A DNA stretch of 25,918 nt from a virus (lineage: Duplodnaviria > Caudoviricetes), in IMG/VR virus record IMGVR_UViG_3300032076_000040, positions 1 to 25,918 of that record, one strand, 5' to 3'. Under the pieces are notes generated by a model. It had not been told where the DNA came from and did not search any database. It saw nothing but the letters and a program-made list of their open reading frames with translations. The position numbers were made by a program, and so were the translations under genes. How positions within the stretch are numbered: position 1 is the first letter of the stretch; each line of letters opens with the position of its first letter. Of the stretch, positions 1 through 5,743 are shown piece after piece.

Positions 1-215
1 GCGGGACTCCGATCAGCGAAGAAAAGTCGGCTCAACTCAGCGCAACGGTTTTGAACATCGCCAAAATGATGTTCGGCTTCCCGGATTTGCCGCGCGGCAC
101 CAAGATGACGGCGGAAGAACAGAAAGCAAATCGCGAGAAGAAGTCGGCGGCGAAGCAGGCGGCTATCGACTTCGTTCTGTCGAATCCCGCCGCCGTCGAA
201 GCGCTCCGCAAGTAA
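1..215 (+). CDS. Hypothetical protein, 3' part only (5'-truncated by window edge)
   Basis: Frame starting at base 3 is open to TAA 213-215 (GTPISEEKSAQLSATVLNIAKMMFGFPDLPRG...AVEALRK) and is followed by a terminator. Not in the ORF track. Confidence 0.7.
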   Translation, partial: GTPISEEKSAQLSATVLNIAKMMFGFPDLPRGTKMTAEEQKANREKKSAAKQAAIDFVLSNPAAVEALRK

Positions 216-243
216 GGGCAAGTTTTTTCCGGCGGTTTCGTTG

Positions 244-294
244 AGCCTAGTACTTGAGTCGGGTTTGTCCCCGATTTCAAGTACTGGGCTTTTT
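244..294 (+). terminator. Long-stem intrinsic terminator
   Basis: AGCCTAGTACTTGAGTCGGG / CCCGATTTCAAGTACTGGGCT, an ~20-bp stem with G-U pairs and one bulge, then a T run. Confidence 0.7.
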
Positions 295-308
295 GCTATT
301 ATATCTAC

Positions 309-491
309 ATGGATAGACGATATACAGTAACTCTTACTCGCGACGGAAAGACGATCCACATCGTTTTACGCGCTGACGATTACACCAATTCGGTCCGTAT
401 TGACCGTGCAAACAATGTGCGAATGAAATACGGTTCGGGTAAGATGTGGGATGTGACAGAAGTCAAACCTTTCAACCAGGAGGCGTTCTAA
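309..491 (+). CDS. Hypothetical protein (60 aa)
   Basis: ATG-started ORF whose stop overlaps the next start (TAATG). Confidence 0.6.
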   Translation: MDRRYTVTLTRDGKTIHIVLRADDYTNSVRIDRANNVRMKYGSGKMWDVTEVKPFNQEAF

Positions 492-553
492 TGCTCGCCC
501 TCTTCTGTGTTTCGCTGATCGTCGCTGGATACTTTCACTGGAGCGTGAAGTAA
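491..553 (+). CDS. 20-aa hydrophobic peptide MLALFCVSLIVAGYFHWSVK
   Basis: Exactly fills the gap between two genes, with TAATG stop/start overlaps at both ends (489-493 and 551-555). Confidence 0.6.
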   Translation: MLALFCVSLIVAGYFHWSVK

Positions 554-804
554 TGGAACCTTGGATCGAGGAAATGAACACCATGCGTGATCTGTTCGAT
601 CAACGTGCGGGATCTCTGATTGAATCTCGCATCACCTATCTTCCGACTGGAACGATTGAAACCATTCGGGGATACCATAATGTAACCTTTCTACGCCTGG
701 AGGGTTGCCGGACCTTCGACGCAGCGGAGTACGATGAAATGGTTAATTGGTGCGGACGGTACGATTCGCGCTCGCTGACTTGGATTCGCTTGCTGAAGTC
801 CTAA
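553..804 (+). CDS. Hypothetical protein (83 aa)
   Basis: Coupled to the upstream peptide and followed directly by a terminator. Confidence 0.6.
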   Translation: MEPWIEEMNTMRDLFDQRAGSLIESRITYLPTGTIETIRGYHNVTFLRLEGCRTFDAAEYDEMVNWCGRYDSRSLTWIRLLKS

Positions 805-825
805 ACCCCTCCGGGGGTTTTTTTT
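803..825 (+). terminator. Rho-independent terminator
   Basis: AAACCCC-TCCG-GGGGTTT then TTTTT, immediately after the stop codon. Confidence 0.8.
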
Positions 826-839
826 GTCGCATTTTTTAA

Positions 840-859
840 GTTAGTGAGTACTTACTGAC
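840..859. promoter_or_regulatory. 20-bp imperfect palindrome, candidate operator
   Basis: GTTAGTGAGT|ACTTACTGAC, 8 of 10 positions symmetric, in intergenic DNA. Confidence 0.35.
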
Positions 860-1032
860 CAGGTTTGAGATGCATTCTGATTCGCTTGCTATTTCGATTC
901 GTAGCGCTAAATTAAGCCCGTGGTTGCATTGATTTTCCAGACATGTATTGGTATCAGATTCACAAATCGGCGCAATGGTGGCCTTCTAATGAGTTTGGCC
1001 ACTAACGTGTGTGTAAGCGTTTTCAGAGTACA

Positions 1033-1075
1033 CTTTCCACAGGTGTATTCACAGCTTTTCCACAGGTTTTCCACA
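1033..1075 (+). repeat. Four tandem DnaA-box-like 9-mers
   Basis: cTTTCCACA (1033), gTATTCACA (1045), TTTTCCACA (1056), TTTTCCACA (1067). Two match TTWTNCACA perfectly and two have one mismatch. Same orientation, spacing 12/11/11 bp. Confidence 0.75.
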
Positions 1076-1088
1076 GGCGACTTTTTCT

Positions 1089-1143
1089 CGGGTCTTTCCC
1101 TTAGGCCACGGGTACTCCCCGAAATCCCCTAGGGAAAGTCCCG
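1089..1143. repeat. Inverted repeat/hairpin next to the DnaA boxes
   Basis: CGGGTCTTTCCCTTAGG (1089-1105) versus CCTAGGGAAAGTCCCG (1128-1143), with one mismatch and one bulge. Confidence 0.6.
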
Positions 1144-1208
1144 GAGTCGGCGCCTAGAACAACGTACATCCCTGGGAATTTTAAAACCATCCATAAAGAA
1201 AGGAAAAA

Positions 1209-1517
1209 ATGAACCCACACCAACACCGTATTCTACAATTAAAGTTAAGTAATCTGCCGCAAGCGGAAATCGCTAGGCTTTTAAGAGTAAAACTCGTGAC
1301 CGTTAAATTCCACCTGACAAAAATATATAAAATTCTCGGAGCGCCAGGCGGGAGACACGTGGCTGAGAAATATTTTGAATACCGGAAGATGAAAGGGCTT
1401 ACAGAGCTTCCCGGCCTCTGCGAGTCAAATGGAGGAATTTATCTGAAAGTTGGAGATGCCGCGCAGGCGCAATCAGAACCCCCACAAAACAGACTACAAG
1501 TAGGACCAAGAGTCTAG
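1209..1517 (+). CDS. LuxR/GerE-type helix-turn-helix transcription regulator
   Basis: N-terminal QHRILQLKLSNLPQAEIARLLRVKLVTVKFHLTKIYKILG matches the LuxR HTH pattern (EIA..L......V..H...I..KLG). SD AAGGA upstream. Confidence 0.8.
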   Translation: MNPHQHRILQLKLSNLPQAEIARLLRVKLVTVKFHLTKIYKILGAPGGRHVAEKYFEYRKMKGLTELPGLCESNGGIYLKVGDAAQAQSEPPQNRLQVGPRV

Positions 1518-1552
1518 TTTTTCAAAAAAATAATTTTTTTATTTTCTAACCG

Positions 1553-1568
1553 CTATACTTGAGTATAG
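1553..1568. promoter_or_regulatory. Perfect 7-2-7 palindrome, candidate regulator site
   Basis: CTATACT-TG-AGTATAG, between an AT-rich tract (1518-1548) and the promoter. Confidence 0.4.
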
Positions 1569-1631
1569 TCTTGGGGGCCTCCCGGCAGGCCGGCAACCCG
1601 CTGGTATGTAAGGACTTGCAGCGTAAGCAAT

Positions 1632-1660
1632 TTGACATTCTTCGCCGCTCGTGCTAGAAT
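1632..1660 (+). promoter_or_regulatory. Sigma70-type promoter heading the packaging/structural operon
   Basis: TTGACA (1632-1637), 17-bp spacer, TAGAAT (1655-1660) with an extended -10 TG at 1652-1653. Confidence 0.8.
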
Positions 1661-1715
1661 GACCCCAACTGTTGCTGTACTGGTGAATCGATTGAACTTC
1701 CAAGGCGGATTGCAA

Positions 1716-1859
1716 ATGAAGAAAGTTTCAAAAGAAAAGGAACTTGAAGAGTATGCAATTCGCCGCCTTTCCGCTTCGCCCCTGCGAGTAAATCCGCCAG
1801 CGGAAAAGACGGAAAAGCCGAAGCCGCAAGGCCCGGAGGGTTCCCAATGGCACTCCTAA
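1716..1859 (+). CDS. Small Lys/Glu/Pro-rich hypothetical protein (47 aa)
   Basis: First ATG downstream of the promoter (MKKVSKEKELEEYAIRRL). The track's TTG start at 1632 is the -35 box. Confidence 0.55.
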   Translation: MKKVSKEKELEEYAIRRLSASPLRVNPPAEKTEKPKPQGPEGSQWHS

Positions 1860-2164
1860 ACCCGAAACAAATTTACGAAGTTTTAAAAGCTGAGACTCCG
1901 CCGCCCGCCCGCCCCCAAAGCCACACGTCCGAACTTTCTAATCTCCTCGAAAAAAACAATCTCACCGCTGATGAGGTTCTGTGCAACCTCTCCTCCCAAA
2001 TGCGTTCGGCGGAATCCGATGCTGTTCGATTTCAAGCCACGAAAGCTGCCCTGCAACTCAACGGACTTCTGGATTCAAAAGATGAGAGGTCCAATTTCAA
2101 CGTCACTATCAATATTATCGATTCTGAATTTTCCAGCTGTAACCCTATTCTAATTCCGAGGTAA
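1847..2164 (+). CDS. Probable terminase small subunit
   Basis: SD GGAGG. Helical core LTADEVL...DAVRFQATKAALQLNGLL plus a C-terminal beta strand FNVTINIID, typical of TerS oligomerisation regions. Upstream of terL. Inference. Confidence 0.5.
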   Translation: MALLNPKQIYEVLKAETPPPARPQSHTSELSNLLEKNNLTADEVLCNLSSQMRSAESDAVRFQATKAALQLNGLLDSKDERSNFNVTINIIDSEFSSCNPILIPR

Positions 2165-2166
2165 AT

Positions 2167-2421
2167 ATGGCCACCGCCCCACTTGAAAACACCGCACAGA
2201 TGTTGCCCACTCTGGCAGGCAAAATTCTTTACATCCTGTATTACAGGCAAGGTGCAAATCCCCATCCACAATTTTTGTTTTTTTACCACTCCTCTACCGA
2301 TATGAAAGTCATTGCGGAGCGGGCGAAAAAGCATTGTGACTTCATGAATTTCCGATTCGTCTACGTTCGCCCGGCGGTAGTGGATCTGGACAAAATGGAA
2401 AATTTGCACGCAGAGGGCTAA
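2167..2421 (+). CDS. Hypothetical protein (84 aa)
   Basis: SD GAGG; tightly packed in the operon. Confidence 0.7.
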   Translation: MATAPLENTAQMLPTLAGKILYILYYRQGANPHPQFLFFYHSSTDMKVIAERAKKHCDFMNFRFVYVRPAVVDLDKMENLHAEG

Positions 2422-2433
2422 GGAGAAAAGACG

Positions 2434-2694
2434 ATGAGTTGGTCGGTATCAGCAATGGGTAAGGGCGAGGCGGTTGGTCGTTCGCTCAAGAATCAGTTTT
2501 CTAATATCCCGGAAATGGCTCAACCGGAACAAAACATCAAGAACAAGGTAGCGGAGATTGTGGAAGATGCATGCTCCTCTGCGCCGACAAGTGGATTTAT
2601 CGTGCGCGCGGAGGGTCATCAATATTCTTTAGATGGAATTCCTCAAACGATGCACCTGAAGATCGAAATTGATTTAATAAAATTTTGTGAGTGA
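2434..2694 (+). CDS. Hypothetical protein (86 aa)
   Basis: SD AAGGAG; ATG start. Confidence 0.7.
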   Translation: MSWSVSAMGKGEAVGRSLKNQFSNIPEMAQPEQNIKNKVAEIVEDACSSAPTSGFIVRAEGHQYSLDGIPQTMHLKIEIDLIKFCE

Positions 2695-2701
2695 AAACTA
2701 A

Positions 2702-2872
2702 ATGGACCCGAAAGATATTCAAGCAGCCGTTTTCAGGACTCTCCACCGCCGGGACCTTGCCCGTGACAACGCTCAAATTGGACTTTCAGTTTCTGAGATG
2801 ACTGAAGAACTCGCAATGTTCCTGGTCGAAAAATCTCCAGATTTGGATGGAGAGGAATTAACCTTACCCTAA
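2702..2872 (+). CDS. Hypothetical protein (56 aa, MDPKDIQAAVFRTLHRRDLARD...)
   Basis: Translated by hand; fills the gap between its neighbours. Below the ORF-track cutoff. Confidence 0.6.
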   Translation: MDPKDIQAAVFRTLHRRDLARDNAQIGLSVSEMTEELAMFLVEKSPDLDGEELTLP

Positions 2873-2881
2873 GGAGTAAAA

Positions 2882-3103
2882 ATGCCACTGATTTCTGCAT
2901 CAGAAATAGCAAAGCACAAAGCAGCCCAGGCTAAACGGCCGAAGCGAGTTACTGTTGAACAAGCTCAAAATGGCGGATATGTTGTTGAACATTATTCCGA
3001 TGATTATCCAAACCCAAAACACGCTTTCAAAAACCACAAGGAAATGCTGGCCCACATTGTCGCTCACTTTGAAAAAGGTGAGAAGGGGAAGGGTAAAGAA
3101 TGA
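2882..3103 (+). CDS. Small basic His/Lys-rich protein (73 aa)
   Basis: SD AAGGAG; ATGA overlap with the next gene. Confidence 0.7.
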   Translation: MPLISASEIAKHKAAQAKRPKRVTVEQAQNGGYVVEHYSDDYPNPKHAFKNHKEMLAHIVAHFEKGEKGKGKE

Positions 3104-3258
3104 AACACCCTGGTTTCAAAAATGTCCAGAGCAAGATTGAGCGGGAAGGCTATTCGAAAAAAGTTGCAGGCGCAATTTTGGCTGCCCGCACTCGAAACGC
3201 TTCCGCAGCGGCAAAGAAACACAACCCGAATTTAAAGAGAGTTCTTGGTGCCAAGTAA
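3100..3258 (+). CDS. Small basic protein (52 aa, MKHPGFKNVQSKIEREGYSKKVAGAILAARTRNASAAAKKHNPNLKRVLGAK)
   Basis: ATGA overlap with the upstream stop; translated by hand. Not in the ORF track. Confidence 0.7.
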   Translation: MKHPGFKNVQSKIEREGYSKKVAGAILAARTRNASAAAKKHNPNLKRVLGAK

Positions 3259-3442
3259 ATCCCAAGTTCAACAAATTGCAATGGCTATCGCGGAGCACCA
3301 TCCCGATAAACTCTACAAGCGGAACCGCGGACTTCTTAAGATGTCCCACCAGCAACTACACGATTTTGCCTCAACGCCGCGCAAGAATCTTGCAAAGCGG
3401 ATTTCTTCTCAGAAAGCCCCGAAAGCCCAGAAAGGAAAATAA
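3248..3442 (+). CDS. DUF3008-like small basic protein
   Basis: GTG start gives MPSKSQVQQ...KMSHQQLHDFASTPRKNL, resembling the DUF3008 pattern MPAKSKAQQ...MS..EL.DFAST.RK.LP as recalled. Confidence 0.6.
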   Translation: MPSKSQVQQIAMAIAEHHPDKLYKRNRGLLKMSHQQLHDFASTPRKNLAKRISSQKAPKAQKGK

Positions 3443-3447
3443 AGATT

Positions 3448-3708
3448 GTGTCTCCCACTCCCGTGACTCCTGATCCGACTCCCGCCCCCGCCCCGACTTC
3501 TTTGCCGCTCGCAATTATTGGCGCCGTTCTCAACGGAGTTCTGGCGGTAGAGAAAAACGCCCCTACACTTGCCGGAAACACCAAAGCACAATTGGTTTTG
3601 GATTCAGTTGCCGCCGGCGCCGCTCTTGCCCCTGTAGTAATTAATCTTATCTCTCAAATTGTGGCAACTTTCAATGCTGTTGGAATTTTTAAGAAGAAAG
3701 CCAAGTAG
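3448..3708 (+). CDS. Small hydrophobic protein, possibly holin-like or virion-associated
   Basis: Pro/Thr-rich N-terminus, two hydrophobic helices and a basic C-terminus FKKKAK. Confidence 0.55.
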   Translation: MSPTPVTPDPTPAPAPTSLPLAIIGAVLNGVLAVEKNAPTLAGNTKAQLVLDSVAAGAALAPVVINLISQIVATFNAVGIFKKKAK

Positions 3709-3718
3709 GCGCGGTCTT

Positions 3719-4174
3719 ATGCAAATTTTTGTTACCGTTTCTTTGGACCCCAAACTTCAATCGCTTTTGGAAAGTCTGTCGGGCGGACTGGGCGGCGGTA
3801 GCCAAACTCAACTTTCTCGAATCGAAGCGAAAATAGATTCGATACAAACCGGAGTTAACAAAATGGCTTTGACGGAACAGGAATTGACAGATCTCTTGGG
3901 TAAAATCGATACCACCACAAATGCAATCGCTTCGAATGTGGCGACAATTGCGACGGTGGATCAAACTATTTCTACGGAACTTGATGCACTTCTAAAGCAG
4001 ATTCAACCTGGAATTGCTTTGACCGATGCGCAGGTTACACAGTTACAGGGATTCGCAACCAAATTGCAGGCAACTTCGGATGCCTCAACCGCCCAGGTTT
4101 CAGTTCTCCAGGCAATTGCAGCTAAAGCGGCGCCAATTGTTCCACCTCCGCCGCCCCCACCTCCAGCTGTTTAG
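3719..4174 (+). CDS. Coiled-coil protein with poly-Pro tail; possible internal start at 3863
   Basis: ATG 3719 follows the upstream stop. Heptad-like Q/T/A-rich helices and C-terminal VPPPPPPPPAV. GGAG precedes the in-frame ATG at 3863. Confidence 0.65.
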   Translation: MQIFVTVSLDPKLQSLLESLSGGLGGGSQTQLSRIEAKIDSIQTGVNKMALTEQELTDLLGKIDTTTNAIASNVATIATVDQTISTELDALLKQIQPGIALTDAQVTQLQGFATKLQATSDASTAQVSVLQAIAAKAAPIVPPPPPPPPAV

Positions 4175-4203
4175 TTTTCTCCTCCGGTAACTGAATAGCT
4201 GAT

Positions 4204-4244
4204 TTCCGGGCGGGAGAGTCATCCACCTTCTTTTCCGCCCGGAA
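4204..4244 (+). promoter_or_regulatory. GC-rich hairpin immediately upstream of terL
   Basis: TTCCGGGCGGGAGAG / CTTTTCCGCCCGGAA, ending 8 nt before the terL ATG; no U tract. Confidence 0.55.
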
Positions 4245-4252
4245 TTAAACTC

Positions 4253-5734
4253 ATGGACCTAACAGTTAAATTCGCAAATCCGGCGCAGCGAAAGTTTTAT
4301 TACTCAACCGCGCGCAATCAGTGTTTCTCAGGCGGATTTAACAATGGCAAAACTTATTCTGGTTGCCTGAAAGCTTTCACTCTGTTGAGTACATTTCCAA
4401 ATTATCGCATGGCAATCGCGCGGCAGACATTCGCCGATCTGAAAAAGACGACGATGCAAACATTTTTCAAAATCTGCCCCAAAGAAATTATCCAGCGCCA
4501 CAACGAACAAGATGGCTTTACCGAATTTATCAATCGCTCCGTAATCTATTGGCTCCATCTCGATAAGGTAGACGAGTCGACACTTCGTGGACTTGAAATT
4601 AATTCCGCTCTGGTAGATCAGGCGGAGGAAACAGAAGAGAAGGTATTCGATGTTCTTGATGGTAGAATCGGCCGATGGGACAATGCTGAAATTCCATCGC
4701 AGCTCCTTGATAACTATCCTGAATGGCCAACGAATCCTAAGACTGGCAAGCGAATCGCCCCATCATATAATATGTTGCTCTGTAACCCAGACACCCAATT
4801 TCACTATATCTTTAGAAAGTTCCACCCCGATTCGCTGGAACGTAGACCTAATTTCTTCTATTGTGAGGGAGAGTGGGACCCCGAACTCGGAAGTAAGGAA
4901 ACTTATGAAGAAGCCCTTAGTCATGACTCTGAATGGGTTGACAAATATATTAGAGGTCAGTGGGGGATTTCTTCAGCCCAAATACACAGATTAGACTCTG
5001 CCAGCCTTTTAGATTATTCCCCAGAACTAATGGAAAGAATCGAACGGCGAGGGAATCTATTTCGAATTCTGGATCACGGTGATGCCAGCCCTACTAGTTG
5101 TCTTTGGCTTGCCGCTCTGGATGGCAATCTCATATTTTATCGCGAATATTACGTTCCCGGTCAACCGATATCTTATCACCGCCGCGCCATCTCTGAACTT
5201 TCTGGGACTGAAAAGTACAGTGGAAATTACGCTGATCCCCAAATTTTTAAAAAGACCGGGCAGAAGGACGGAAGTTTTTGGACCACATCTGACGAATACA
5301 TGGATAAGGGAATTGATGGTCCTCCCCTGAGTTGGATTCCAGGGGACAACAACGAATTTGCAACCCGGAACCGAATCAATGAACTTCTCAGGGCGGGGAA
5401 CATTCACAAACATCCTACTACGATGATATCTCCCGCCCCTGGGATTTATTTTATCAAGAAATCTTCTGAATATTCAAATGGCTGTTATCATGCAATTCAA
5501 GAACTCCAGTCTCAACGACGGAAATCTCTTGGCTACGTTGACGGAAAACAAATTTTCTGTGATGATCGAGAAGAGTCCGTGGCCGATCACGCTTACGATT
5601 GTGTTCGATATGCAGTTGCCGCTCATGGCGGGGGGAAATCACTCCCGAAACGAAAAGTTCCAGAACGATCTATAAAATGGTATCAAATGATGGTAAAGCG
5701 TGGGAATCAAAGAATTCAGGCGATGTCGAACTAG
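4253..5734 (+). CDS. terL: Terminase large subunit
   Basis: Q-motif NPAQ, Walker A GGFNNGKT, Walker B ALVDQAEE, coupling motif LLCNP, and RNase H-like acidic motifs ILDHG, YADP, DHAYDCVRY. Confidence 0.95.
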   Translation: MDLTVKFANPAQRKFYYSTARNQCFSGGFNNGKTYSGCLKAFTLLSTFPNYRMAIARQTFADLKKTTMQTFFKICPKEIIQRHNEQDGFTEFINRSVIYWLHLDKVDESTLRGLEINSALVDQAEETEEKVFDVLDGRIGRWDNAEIPSQLLDNYPEWPTNPKTGKRIAPSYNMLLCNPDTQFHYIFRKFHPDSLERRPNFFYCEGEWDPELGSKETYEEALSHDSEWVDKYIRGQWGISSAQIHRLDSASLLDYSPELMERIERRGNLFRILDHGDASPTSCLWLAALDGNLIFYREYYVPGQPISYHRRAISELSGTEKYSGNYADPQIFKKTGQKDGSFWTTSDEYMDKGIDGPPLSWIPGDNNEFATRNRINELLRAGNIHKHPTTMISPAPGIYFIKKSSEYSNGCYHAIQELQSQRRKSLGYVDGKQIFCDDREESVADHAYDCVRYAVAAHGGGKSLPKRKVPERSIKWYQMMVKRGNQRIQAMSN

Positions 5735-5743
5735 CGAGAGAAA

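Noticed and set aside
32-280. 82-aa minus-strand ORF
   Set aside because: Shadow of the + strand partial gene and its terminator.
929-957. Possible promoter TTGATT-17-TATCAG
   Set aside because: Weak match in both boxes and lacks the conserved final T of the -10.
1033-1075. Repeats as a mini-CRISPR
   Set aside because: Units are 11-12 bp with no spacers; no CRISPR array or cas gene was seen anywhere in the window.
920-1132. 70-aa ORF across the control region
   Set aside because: No SD, and FPQVYSQLFHRFSTG is simply the translation of the DnaA-box repeats.
1632-1715. N-terminal extension of the 1632..1859 ORF
   Set aside because: The TTG is the -35 box, upstream of the predicted transcription start.
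4253-5734. Intein or intron in terL
   Set aside because: Normal length, continuous motifs, no splice or homing endonuclease signatures.
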